From Octopus bimaculoides (taxonomy: Eukaryota), in NCBI RefSeq assembly GCF_001194135.2, contig NC_068995.1, positions 16,027,548-16,091,547 on the forward strand: 64,000 nucleotides of DNA, given 5' to 3'. Both the position numbers and the translations under genes were made by a program. The notes under the pieces are model-generated. The model made no database searches. It had not been told where the DNA came from and was given only the letters and a program-made list of their open reading frames with translations. Below, in pieces: positions 39,409 through 52,347 of this stretch (positions are counted from its first letter, which is position 1; the number at the start of each line of letters is the position of its first letter).

Positions 39409-40339
39409 TTATGTATCTAAGAAGATCACTTCATTCAAAATCATATATTTCCCAGTCACTTGTCATGAGGATATTATAGATATGATTTTTGTGTCTATAG
39501 TGGAAGTTGTCTTAAATTTTTAGATTTTGTTCAATAATTTTTCACGAAATTCTCTTTCGTGTAAATATTTTGTGTATAATAGATTATGTCCCCGATTTTG
39601 TTCCATAGTTTACCAGTCAGTTGTATTAGGAATAATATAAGTCTGAGAGATATACTAGATTATGTTTGCTATAATGTTGTTAGCAACATAAACAGTATCA
39701 AACTATTATTTAAAATTTCTCAATAAATTCTTAAAGATATTAACGGATTATTAAACCTGAAATGTTGAATCTATATATTTCTCCCTCTTATCAAAATCAG
39801 TGAAGATGCCAACATTTAAATCCAATTATATTCCACTAATTAGATTAACGTAAACTAATGGGATTTTTTCACAGGTAAAAGATACCAGATGCATTGCATT
39901 ACAATAATTTATAAACAAAAACAACTACAAGGGAAATTTTTGTAACCATAAATTACCTGTTGTATCTATCTATATTCATATATTTTTTTATAATATTCAG
40001 AGAAAAACAACTTGATTTTCTCTTTTAAATGTAACATGATCCCCGTCTGAACAACATGTCATATTTCGAATATAATAAGGAAAATATTAAAAAGTTGCAT
40101 TCCAATAGGATAATTAAACAAGATTTGATGTTTACAAAAATGACAGTTTGCATAACTATTATTTTATCTGTAACAAACGATCACAAATAAAAATAACCCT
40201 TATTATATCAGTTTAAAATAGATTTGTTGGAGTAAAAAATCGAAAGGGAGAGGGAGAATGCTTTCCTGCTGTTTAGTGACATTCTGTTTGCATTCTAAGT
40301 TCAAATTTTGCCAAAAGTGTCTTGCAGTTCTATATTTGA

Positions 40340-40484
40340 ACGATGAGGAATGATGTACATTATTTACATTTGACGGATATTTGTCTTCATCTTGTTTGTT
40401 GTTAACACAACGTTTCGGCTGATATACCCTCCAGCCTTCTTCAGGTGTCTTGGGGAAATTTCGAACCTAGGTTTTCATTCCTAG
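40340..40484 (-). mobile_element. Short Penelope-type terminal repeat carrying a hammerhead ribozyme
   Basis: Second copy at 60925-61097; contains the ribozyme at 40405-40448. Confidence 0.75.
40405..40448 (-). ncRNA. Minimal type I hammerhead ribozyme
   Basis: ACAC-CUGAAGA-A-GGCUG[GAGGGUAUAU]CAGCC-GAAA-CG-UU-GUGU: stem I ACAC/GUGU, stem II 5 bp, palindromic ACGU stem III, GUU cleavage triplet. Confidence 0.8.
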
Positions 40485-41537
40485 TTTAATATTAGACCCG
40501 ATTGAAACATTTTATACCTATTCCAAAAATCTTGTGCATAAGTTAGAACTTACCTTGTCTGTGGCAAGCAATCGAAAATAACACGTATTATCTCAAGTGA
40601 AAATAAAAAAAGTATATTTTTCAGAGATATTTTCTATAATAATTATGACAGACAATAATCTTTCACAATGCACTTATAAAAATTATTATGAGTGATGAAT
40701 TTTTTTCCAAGAAGGTGTCCACTATTGTTATCAAAGTGATCCCAAAGAAACCTCCGGTGGTTGAAGAGTATTTTAGAAGGAAATTCTGAATGGATTTAGG
40801 ATCCATTTCACTCATATTTACGAAAATTTACTAAATCGTTTTATTTTTCTTTATGATTTCATATGCAGAGTAATGAATAATTTCCATATCTTTTAAATAT
40901 TCAAGAGCCAGGCATTCTATTCAATAAAATCACGACACATGATTATTCTTGTTGTCTGTACAGGTCATAGCCTAACTTGTGTTCCTTGTTTTCATATCGC
41001 CTGACGTTTGTGTGAACAATTTGGGAGTTTTCAGTGTATTCCTAAGTACAAAAACCCTGTTTCTAAATTGTGCTGAAAGCCTTCCATTAATTTTGCCTCC
41101 GTAACACATATTCAATCAACACCACTAAGGATCACTGAACACCGTTTAAAGACATTAGCTTAAAGTTTCAATTTCAAATTTGAACTTGAAACTGCATTGA
41201 AGAAACTAAAGAGATATCACATCGAGTAATATGCTCTCAAGTGATTTTCAGACCAAAGGGAAAATTTACAGTAACTGCAGCGAGGATAATTAAAGATTCA
41301 TGCAGCATTTCTTTGGTACAAACCTAAAGCTCACAAGCGGTGTTTAACGCAATAACAACGGTATCTTGATGTTGAAAGTTAAAACAAGAAACTGATCTTT
41401 TAATCCAAATATGTTGCTGAGTGACTAAAGGGAGACAATGCATATTGACACGGATGTCACTTCTTTCAGATACTCCTACAAGTATGAAAATATTCTACTA
41501 TGAACACTGAATTATTCATCAACAGAGATTTGATTTA

Positions 41538-41711
41538 CCGTATTTTAATTTGTATAAGGAACTCCCTAATTTCTGGGGTTTAAAATTTGGAAAAAAATGG
41601 TTTTGTAAGGGATTATAATACTATCGATGTAAAAAAAAAAAACTCCCATATTTTTTTAACCTAATTTTTGACAAAACAAAAAAAGGGTTCCTTATACACG
41701 TTAACATACGG
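41538..41711. mobile_element. pogo/Tigger-like MITE
   Basis: TIRs CCGTATTTTAATTTGTATAAGGAAC / GTTCCTTATACACGTTAACATACGG, flanked by TA on both sides. Confidence 0.85.
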
Positions 41712-42214
41712 TATATATGGGGCAGAAATTCATTCAGCTGCGAGTTTGTAGCGTAGGAATGCGATGGCGATTCCATAATTAATTAATTTTAATAAATTAA
41801 AAATTAGAGGTTGTCTCTTCTACCCTCCGACCTTTATAAATTAGAAAACGATTGTTCTCAATCCTAAGGATATCTTTGAACTGAATTAAAATTACCTGAC
41901 TTATTACATTCAGTATACTAGTGTCCATTTTATTACCATTAAGTTAAGTGAAGTATTTCACAAAAACGAGTAGTTTAGGGCATATCTTATTTTCTAAGTA
42001 ACTTTATAGAGATACTTTATCGTTATAGCTATTTCAAGCGAAGGTTTGAAGATAAATATCGCCATAGAAGTAAAATTCTTCTAAGGATTAGATAAGAGCC
42101 GATCGTATGAAATATTTTCAGATATTCTGGTCTGCCACTTACTATCAAGAGTATGATGAAGCTTAAAGTGAATTAACCTTGACTTGGTTTTTCGAATTGT
42201 AGATCAAATATATC

Positions 42215-42710
42215 TTCAATCTTTTATCTTATACTTGTTTCGGCCATGTTGGTGCACCACCTTGAAGAATTTTTTAGTCGAATGAATCGACACTAGTACT
42301 TTTTTTCTTAGCCTTCCACTGATTCTATCGGTCTCTTTTGCCAAACTACTAAACTAGGGGGATATAAACACACCAACACTGGTTGTGAAAGTGTGTTGAG
42401 GACAAACAAAGACATACACACATACACATACACACATTGAGATACACGCACACATACAGAAACACATACACACATGCACAAACGCGCGCGCGCACACACA
42501 TGCACGCATACACACACATGCACGCATGCACACACATGCACGCATACACACACATGCACGCATACACACACATGCACGCATACACACACATAAAATTAGA
42601 AATATTACATTTCTAAATCTCTCAGAGAGACTTATACATTAACAGCACGATAAAGTGATAGCAGTAGCATTCTTCCCTTTTCTGGACTGCCACATTAAGA
42701 TGGCTACAAA

Positions 42711-42761
<51 letters not shown>

Positions 42762-42885
42762 CGACGAGATTCTTTCAGTTTATGTGTACTGCATCTTACC
42801 ACAAAGATTCTATTCGGCCCAAAGCTATAGTTGAAAGCACTTGCTCAAGGTGCCCAAAGGTGCGACCGAACTCAGAAATCACGTA
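42215..42885 (-). mobile_element. SINE family A, diverged copy
   Basis: 3' half at 42215-42420, (CA/CATG)n and (TA)n tracts, 5' half remnant at 42760-42885. Confidence 0.7.
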
Positions 42886-43029
42886 GAAGACAAACTCTAA
42901 AGATAGTAACGACAAGGAGAACGGAGTATTGCATTCAAGAAAGGTCTACAATAGGCATTATATTTCTGATTGTTCCCTGTTTCTGTGGAAAAGACGCGTA
43001 GCTCTCTTAATCCCAGTCCAGTTTGTGAT

Positions 43030-44330
43030 ATATAGTTTGTTCCAAACATCACAATACTTATCTATGTAAGGAGCTAGAGAAAAACGCGCATTTAATCAGC
43101 TTGAATTCTTATGTTATAATCCATCCATGAGTGTTATCTAAAAGGATTCAACATCTGTGTTACGTAATAACCATATATAGAAAACACAGACTTCCAATTT
43201 CAAATCACAAAATATCCACACAACGTGTTATGAAATGCAACAATGCTGATTTTGATGAAGCCGCATATGCTAAGATGTAAAACGCTATACTTCTTGTAGA
43301 TACCATGATTGATGACGGACTTTTCGCTTATGTAATAGATCATTCTTGAAAAAGAGCGATACTTTCATGAAAAGCTAATACAATCTATATTGTATCATGA
43401 TATATTTGTTTAAACAAAAGCTTCTAATCCAACCAATAGCATTATCAAGTTCACACTTGAGAAAATATTTCAGAAAGCCAAGCATTCATTGGATGATTCG
43501 AACGTTTCAAGCCACTAATATATTCTAAACACTGCACCAGTTCATTTTGTATTCAAATTTTCTGGGAAAAGAAAATTAAAATTGTAGAATATTTATAATT
43601 TTTCCATTAATATTTCATAAGGTTCATTACTAACGAAATAAATGTACACACACACACATACACACACACACACATGTGCGCACGCATGCGCACTAGCATA
43701 CACAGACGCCTATATAGGCGAATTTTGTCAACGAATTCAATGTGAGTTTTTGGAATTAATTATATATTAGCTTACCTAATTATATTTAAGTGAGCTAAAG
43801 AAATTTACGAGGTAATAAGTTAGGAGATTGTGCGAATTTCATTTCATTTCTGAAAAAGAATCGATAAGACAACTTCGAATGCAATAAAATTTTAAACTTT
43901 TTGCCGAGTACACGTATCCATGCCTTAAAATATTCAGAACGTAACTTTATCAGGTGAAATAATAAATACTTTTGTTTCTGTAATACCTGTTGGATGCACA
44001 TAGTTATGCCTTAATGTATTCAGAATATAACTTCATTAGCTGAGACAAGAAATACTTCTGTCATACCCACTGTATGTATTGAGTTATGTCTTGAATATTC
44101 AGAAAATAACTTCATTTTGTATTCTGAAACTAATGCGATTACTATTCTAGCAACGTGTCATACTCTGCTCAAAACAAGAAAAATCTCAATAGATAGTTTT
44201 CCTTAGGGATAATTTAAACAAGGACTGATGTTTCAAAGATGACATTTTCCTTCACTATTATTGGTTTGTGACAAGCAATCGCAAATATTACGTGTCATAT
44301 CAGGTTTAAAATGGCGGTGTATGTGCAGAA
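43030..44330. repeat. Tandem paralogous unit B
   Basis: Aligns to unit A over several blocks; 27-bp identical core at 43291-43317. Confidence 0.75.
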
Positions 44331-45623
44331 TTAATAGCATAACGTACAAAATGTCTTCCAGCAATGTTTAATAAAGTACCTTTACGTTCAAATCCATGTA
44401 TTTTGAAATTTTTTGACACACTTATAGATTCTTAAAACTAAACGAGTACATCGACCACGTCCATTTCCAAAATGTATGGTGTTGTGCATGAGTTGGAATT
44501 TATTATGTTGTATGTAACGAACAATAAACTAACTCGCATTAGATGGCGTTTTCTCATTTTCAAGAATGTTTGAAAAGTTTTTGAATCCCTCTGGCCGTTT
44601 AGGTAATGAGTTCCGTTAATTTCAATAACTCCTATTATATCAATTCAAAAACTCTGGTAAATGGATTGTCTCAGTAGAACGACTGATAAATTGCTTTACA
44701 AATATATAGTTATACTCTTTCACATTCTGAGTTCAAATCTACTCGAGGTTGAATTTGGATTTCACAAACCCAGTACTTATAAATTAAGTTCCAGTTTTGT
44801 ACCAACATTGATGCAATCGACTGTGTTCATTCCCAAAATATTCACATCTGTGTATAAGGTAGAGATCAATACTATCCTGTATGTGACGAGTAATCAAATA
44901 TAAAACTTATACCTCGTCATTTCTACGACGTCAAGAATGTTTCTCTTTCTACAATCGCTAGTGAGTTTGATAAATGTGATGACAGAGACTTAAGATCAAT
45001 AAACACAATACTCGGTCTTTAAAGTTCTTGTATCCATTACACACAATAATTTAAAAAATCGAATGCCTCTCTAATTACAGATAAGCCATCTAATTACAGA
45101 GTGTTGCCACTGCTGCAGTCACTTTCGGTCTGCCAGGTTGCCTTCACGTCCTACATAAACAGCGATGTCTTGATCAACATGGGAATTAAATGACTAGTTT
45201 GAATTTGAGCCACAAGATTTACTACTGTTGATCTAATAATTCCGTTCAGCCAATACAAACGCATGGCTACTGATTTATTTATAAAGCTGACAGGATAAAA
45301 AGCAAACTGTTAACCCGGTTGCAGTTTGAAATGAGAAGACAGAGAGCCGGAACTAATACCACAAGTTATTCTAAATGACTCTGGTCACTGTACACTTTAC
45401 ATATTTTTCATAGCTTTCAAATGATGACAACCCGTTAGCAAGGCAGGTAAGCTAACTTACCCCTTGAATGGAATGACAGTTCGTTGCAATACTTTCCATT
45501 TAAAGTTGAGTGAACTGCAACAATATGAAATAAACACAATACACACTCAGTCTGGGAAATGGAAACCACATGCACATACATGCTCTCTTATACAGACGCA
45601 CGTGCACCTTCGTTTTGGGATTA

Positions 45624-45700
<77 letters not shown>

Positions 45701-45789
45701 NNNNNNNNNNNNNNNNNNNNNNNNNNNNNNNNNNNNNNNNNNNNNNNNNNNNNNNNNNNNNNNNNNNNNNNNNNNNNNNNNNTATATAT

Positions 45790-46720
45790 ATATATATATG
45801 AGTGAGGAGTCTAGTAGTCTAACGCAAGTTTTGTATGAGCATGTATATGTTAAATAACATGAGACAACAAAGCCAAGGCTGTGTGGAACTTTTAAGACAT
45901 TTATAAAGATAAAGTTAGTCTGAAGGCTGTTTCTGGGACGATATGAGATGGTTACAAGGAGGGAAATAGCAAAGTTGTGGTGTGAATGAAATTTTGAGTA
46001 TATAGTGGTAGTAGATGGTGTATTTGTAATTACATAAAGTGTGCGCAAACCAGGGAATTGAGTGTATCTGTAAGCGACTTTATGCCAGTATGTGTAGTGA
46101 CCCATTTCTGTATGTGGTCTGGGGTATAATTTCTGTATGTGGCCTGGGGTATAATTTCTGTATGTGGCTTGGGTTTCATTGAGGGCCTCATCTGGACCTT
46201 GTGTAGCGTCAATAGTTATCGGGGTGGGGATGAGTTTCTTCTGTGCCTGAAGAGAAGAGCTAATCTATGGGATAAGGTTCTAGCTATGTTAAGGATGTGC
46301 TTGTGCCATAAGAGAATCTCGCGGATTGTGAATGATTTCAAGCGAAGTATTTTGAGTGCTCTGAGTGCTACTCCTGGCTCATCGAGATGTAGTGCAGTGA
46401 TACTTTTCTTGATATGAATAGTATTAAGTCTTTTATCTCCAACAACTCGTCTTCAGATCGATATTTTATTTAAATAACGTTAAACAGATATTCAATCATT
46501 ACAATTTGATAAAGGAAAAGATTTTAGGGTACGTAACTTGTCTAGATATAAGATTCTTCCTTGGATTGGACCCTGGTCAAATGCTGATAAATTTTGTAGA
46601 AGCTCTGCTGCATGTTAGATATAGTTTGCTGAAATCCATCCCCCACACAATACAGGAGCTGCAACATGTTCATTCAACATGCCTAAGCTATCAAAATACA
46701 ACGCCCCACTAAAAAAAAAA
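45790..46720 (-). mobile_element. Possible Penelope-like 5' ORF remnant
   Basis: Decayed coding-like sequence with a 25-bp tandem triplication; no catalytic motif seen, assignment by general resemblance only. Confidence 0.3.
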
Positions 46721-46859
46721 AAAAAAAAAAAATCCAAAAATCCAAATCAAAAAGCAAAAACCAAAACGTAAAAGGCATATTGGGATGCTGCCACGGAACA
46801 GCTATTTTTAGTATTCATTATAATTGATTTACTGGTTTCTTGTTTTTCTAATAAACCAT

Positions 46860-47545
46860 TCTGAGAATGATCTAACACATTAAAGAGAAAGCAATGCATT
46901 ATATATTATCGTGATGTATTTACATAAATTGAAAATCAAATCTAGCTCTTAAAATAGCAAACACATACTAACAGATATTTTAGAAAGTCAAACACTCATT
47001 GATTAATTTCAGCGATGCACATAAGTAACTTATTCGTAACGACACCAAAGTTTGTTCTGTTTATAGAAAAAAAGATTTAAAATGTAGAATATTTAAAATT
47101 TCTTCGTAAATACGTAAATGTGTTTACAGTTTAACAAAGTTGAAATCTTTAGCGCATATATATTTTTCTTGTTATCTATTTCGCCGTAGGTTTATCGTTT
47201 AAATCCAATTATATTCCTCTAATTATATTTAGGCAAATTAAAGGCTTTTTAAATTATCAGCTACTATAAATTACCAGCTAGTACGAATTTAATTAAACTC
47301 AGAAATAGAAATGAAAAAATAACGCGTAATATATTCTGTAATTTTAAAATTGTATTTACATAGTTACGTCTTAAATTATTTAGAAGTAAAATTTCTGTGC
47401 TTGAATAATGTGTTATAATTGCAATGAAGAAAATCTGAGGAAATGGTATTCTTTTGGGATAAATAAACAAAGGCTGATGCAGTTACAGATGACATTTTCT
47501 TTATTTTTGTCTTAGCTGTCACAAGTAGTCGAAAATAATTATATA
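46860..47545. repeat. Tandem paralogous unit C (truncated)
   Basis: gaaaatcaaatctag, atattttagaaagtcaa, aaatgtagaatattta and gggataaataaacaaaggctgatg..gatgacatttt blocks shared with units A and B. Confidence 0.65.
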
Positions 47546-47546
47546 T

Positions 47547-47925
47547 TGTTGTTGTTGGCACTCCGTCGCTTACGACGTCGAGGGTTCCAGTTGATCCGAT
47601 CACTGGAACAGCCTGCTCATAAAATTAACGTGCAAGTGGCTGAGCACTCCACAGACACGTGTACCCTTAACGTAGTTCTCGGAGATATTCAGCGTGACAC
47701 AGTGTGACAAGGCTGACCCTTTGAATTACAGGCACAGGAAGTAAGAGTGAGGGAAAGTTGTGGTGAAAGAATACAGTAGGGCTCGCCACCATCCCCTGCC
47801 GGAGACTCGTGGAGCTTTAGATGTTTTCGCTCAATAAACACTCACAACGCCAGGTCTGGGAATCGAAACCGTGATTCTATGACCGCCAGTCCGCTGCCCT
47901 AACCACTGGGCCATTGCGCCTCCAC
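47547..47925 (-). mobile_element. SINE family C, full-length, tRNA-derived
   Basis: Head gtggaggcgcaatggcccagtggttagggcagcggac...ggtttcgattcccag (A and B boxes), (CAA)n tail, approximate TSD aat(t/c)atatatt. Confidence 0.9.
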
Positions 47926-50900
47926 AATCATATATTATAAGAAGTTAAAAAGTGTGTGGATAAGNNNNNNNNNNNNNNNNNNNNNNNNNNNNNNNNNNNN
48001 NNNNNNNNNNNNNNNNNNNNNNNNNNNNNNNNNNNNNNNNNNNNNNNNNNNNNNNNNNNNNNNNNNNNNNNNNNNNNNNNNNNNNNNNNNNNNNNNNNNN
48101 NNNNNNNNNNNNNNNNNNNNNNNNNNNNNNNNNNNNNNNNNNNNNNNNNNNNNNNNNNNNNNNNNNNNNNNNNNNNNNNNNNNNNNNNNNNNNNNNNNNN
48201 NNNNNNNNNNNNNNNNNNNNNNNNNNNNNNNNNNNNNNNNNNNNNNNNNNNNNNNNNNNNNNNNNNNNNNNNNNNNNNNNNNNNNNNNNNNNNNNNNNNN
48301 NNNNNNNNNNNNNNNNNNNNNNNNNNNNNNNNNNNNNNNNNNNNNNNNNNNNNNNNNNNNNNNNNNNNNNNNNNNNNNNNNNNNNNNNNNNNNNNNNNNN
48401 NNNNNNNNNNNNNNNNNNNNNNNNNNNNNNNNNNNNNNNNNNNNNNNNNNNNNNNNNNNNNNNNNNNNNNNNNNNNNNNNNNNNNNNNNNNNNNNNNNNN
48501 NNNNNNNNNNNNNNNNNNNNNNNNNNNNNNNNNNNNNNNNNNNNNNNNNNNNNNNNNNNNNNNNNNNNNNNNNNNNNNNNNNNNNNNNNNNNNNNNNNNN
48601 NNNNNNNNNNNNNNNNNNNNNNNNNNNNNNNNNNNNNNNNNNNNNNNNNNNNNNNNNNNNNNNNNNNNNNNNNNNNNNNNNNNNNNNNNTTAGTCATATA
48701 TAATGCTATTGATTCCGTCACTGAAGTCATCCTTTAACAATATATAACTTCTGTTTGTTTGCATTCAATGCACACCCATGAAGTGCTACATGAGCCACTG
48801 TAAATCAATTATATCTACTACAACGAAACATGTCGCTGAGGGCGGTTTTTAATTCAAGTAACGCAAAACGGTTATTTTACCACTATAGTAAAATAAACTG
48901 AACGCTTGGTGATGTGTATTTTGAACAGCGACAAAATTCGTTTTGGCTTTACATACACGTCTTTCGTGGTAAGCGTTCTTATAGGTTGTGGTTCTTATTA
49001 AAAGGAGCTAGATGAACGTCGACTCTACAAAATACTGAAATCGTATAGTGGCCATCCACCCTGCTACAAAATAGCAGCTAACTCTCCCTATTACCACTTT
49101 TAAGAAGAAAGAAATGACACATTGGATGGTGTAGTCATAGATGCATTACAAAGGAATATATACAGTATAAAGGAATAAAAGGTGTAGCGGTCATGCCACG
49201 AAGGTCTTTTATTTATAGGTCTGCTTTGATCTGAGGAGAATGAATTGCTGAAAGGGAATCAATTTATTACACTTTCAGCTACAGTATTAAAAGTACAAGT
49301 GTAAACGTCCGTAATCATTACAAACGGCTGGCGGCCAACCATATACAATGCACGTGGACGGGAAGATGTAGTGTTGTGGTATTCACAGGTGCTTTAATCG
49401 TTTAATATGTCTGGTGCTTTTGGAATCATTCTTGAGTGATTTAGTAATACGAAGATGGACACTGATTTTTCTTTAGTAACTAGATCGACAAAAAAAAACT
49501 CCTCTCCCTCACAAGCTTGTTGACCTCAAATTCCCATGATGTTACTGTGAAAATTATATCATCGACAAAGTATCCGTTGAGCTGATCCAATGCTTGCTTG
49601 GGTTGGACTTTTCAATGTGGCATTCACTAAGAAGTGCTTTTATTCGGAAGAACAAGTGTTTTATTGAATTTCTCGGTATTTCGGGCTTCGAGGCGGGATT
49701 ATATCTTCAGTTGTGACAATGTCAGCTTATCTAGCTAGGTGTTTGATACGATTATAGTGAGGATTAACATCAATTTACTGAACAGTATTGACCTTCGGTT
49801 CATATTTATCGCGAAGATTATATTAGTTCATCTAAATTTCTGCATGTCCAACACTTAGCACTGGTTAGTCGAAGTTTTAAGCAAGGTCTTCACAGCATGG
49901 AACAATTCTCCACGAAACGAAACTCAATCAACTTTTTTTTCCTGGAAACATTTTTGCACGCGGGACAATTATGGTTCTTCTCCAAAGAATTCCATCTGGA
50001 CGTTATATTTGACTGTTTACCAACAGTATGGAATGGTATTGCTTTGGCTTGAACAAAATTAGTTCTCCAAATAAAGAAAAATCAAATTTGAAATAAACAA
50101 ATTAATTAATAAAAGTTTCTCGAAACATAGACTTGCCTCAGCAGAAGGCTGTGGTACCAAACATGACAACTATATTTTGAAAACAGTAGCTTATTATAGG
50201 AATAGTCATGCCTGAATACAAAAAACGTAACGAAATGCTTGATTATTCCATTAATTAGTAGTAAGTGGTAGTCAGTGCTAGAGGGCCTTTTAAATGAACA
50301 CTAAGACGGGCAACTGGGTGTCTGAACTTGTTAAAGTTAGTTTTAGGAGGAAGTAGAGTCGTGAGTTCAATAGCGATCACGTGTTGCATTTATCAAATCT
50401 TTTAATATATTCTACAGAAACTGACAAGTTCTCTTGTGTCATAATCGAGTTGCTTTCATACGATACAAAAGTTGATGCGAATTTGTAATTCCAGGAGATA
50501 TTACAGGGAAGGAGCTAGTAGGAACATCTGCGTGTATGCTACGTTTCGGAAGCAGTGCTAACTGTCTAATAAGTCTATTCATCAAATATGAATGTTAAAA
50601 TTCTCTAACTAGTTATCACTATTAATCTCTGTTAATCATAGTCTGTTTTCTTTTGTAATTGATGGGGGATTTTGTGTAGGATGAGAAACAGAGATAGGCA
50701 TATATTCCCTTGTTAGATATGTATTACAATGTGTAATAAAATTTTATTTATTTATATATTTTTTGTCTTTGTTATTTCCTATTTCCTAAGGGTTATTTCT
50801 AGTTGGCTTCTACTTAGAAATAAAAGGAAATGACTACGAATCTCTTCAAACTTTGCTTTTGTGACCTGGACGTAAATGTTTTTGAGTTGCTGAAGAAGAA

Positions 50901-51514
50901 ATATCGTTACAGCAAATATTTTGCTCAATACCACAGATTTGCTTGCCAGTTGCTTGACCTTAACTACTTGAGTTTGTCACTTAGTGGCTGACAATACGTG
51001 CATTTCTGATCATGAGCAGGATTAGGGGAGGAGAGCATCATAGCCATGTATTGAGAGGGATTTTTGGGTTTTGAATAAATGTAACACAAGCAACGTTTGA
51101 AGGAAATAGTCATTTTTCATACTTTCTAGGGTAAGCAACTAGAAAATAACTGTTGCTATCCTATCGTATTACACTTTTATTAGTGATAGCTATCACTCGC
51201 GAAAGAGAAATGGTTTGGTATCACGTACGATGCTTTTACTCATTCTTTTAGCTGTGTATGTAATCTCTGGCAACCACAGACACTTTTCCCATTCCTCGTC
51301 TCAGTGACATATCCAGGATGTAACTGGTGGAGGAAAAGAGACTGTACCAGCACTCGGCTGACATTCATTCATTTTCAGCTGATTTGAGTGAAATGAAGTG
51401 CTTTACTCAAGGACACATCGTGCTGCTCTGTCCAGAAATTGACCCAGCAACATTATGACAGTGAGTCGAACATCCTAACTAACTGGTCACTCATCGTTAC
51501 CTTTTTTTTTCTGT

Positions 51515-52040
51515 AATTTCTGAAATTTTGTGCATTGCTCTTGGAACATCAGAAGGGTCTGCACATAGCCATCTGTTATTTTTTCCGTTAGTTTTCTGGT
51601 CATGGTCAAAGTTATTCTCATCTGAGAAAAACCAAATGACATCATCTTCTGATGGATTTTTAAGTTCGTTCAGAAGGCTTTGGGATCTGATTAAACAGTT
51701 TTCGTTTGTTTTTTACTGACATGAATTGACGTGTCCTCATCACTTAAGATTTATATCTAATGTCTTCCTGCACAACATATAGCTATTGTTTTTTATGACA
51801 CACATTTTATTTTTAATTGACGTCAATGATTTTCTTGGATTGCCTTCAATGTTTTGCTTAACTTCCTGAATAAATTCAGGTCGCCTGATAGAATCAGAGT
51901 GTTTGGAATGTTTTTTACTTTTTATTACATTAGTAAGCAAATGGACTGTCGTTGTTATTTTCTGAAATAGAAGTTCAATAACAATTAGTCAAATAAAATG
52001 ACTAAAAATGCATGCGTCCTCAAATACTGTCCGAACCCTG
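51515..52040 (-). mobile_element. Tc1/mariner (maT/DD37D-like) transposon 5' half
   Basis: Terminus TA|CAGGGT at 52040; SDSIRRPEFIQEVKQNIEGNPRKS, VMRTRQFMS and WFFSDENNFDHDQKTNGKNNRWLCADPSDVP (first catalytic D). Confidence 0.8.
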
Positions 52041-52098
52041 TATTTATGTATATATCTGTGTGTGTGTGTGTGTGTGTGTGTGTGCACGCGTGTGTATG

Positions 52099-52158
<60 letters not shown>

Positions 52159-52294
52159 NNNNNNNNNNNNNNNNNNNNNNNNNNNNNNNNNNNNNNNNNN
52201 NNNNNNNNNNNNNNNNNNNNNNNNNNNNNNNNNNNNNNNNNNNNNNNNNNNNNNNNNNNNNNNNNNNNNNNNNNNNNNNNNNNNNNNNNNNNNN

Positions 52295-52333
<39 letters not shown>

Positions 52334-52347
52334 TATGTATATATATA

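Larger units (their letters stand above)
37480..40640. repeat. Tandem paralogous unit A (interrupted by SINE A and a PLE repeat)
   Basis: Collinear blocks shared with 43030-44330 and 46860-47545 (e.g. ttcttgtagataccatgattgatgacg; ggataattaaacaag..tgatgttt..aaa.atgac). Confidence 0.75.

Noticed and set aside
42152-42241. C/D box snoRNA (ATGATGA at 42153)
   Set aside because: No terminal CTGA D box or closing stem, and the paralogue at 20891 lacks the C box.
47850-47925. tRNA gene (also 57055-57129)
   Set aside because: tRNA-like head of SINE family C, continuous with SINE body, tail and TSD; acceptor stem is not complete.
49400-50100. Coding-like, GC-richer decayed segment, possibly a transposase
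   Set aside because: No diagnostic motif found in any frame by eye; left unassigned.
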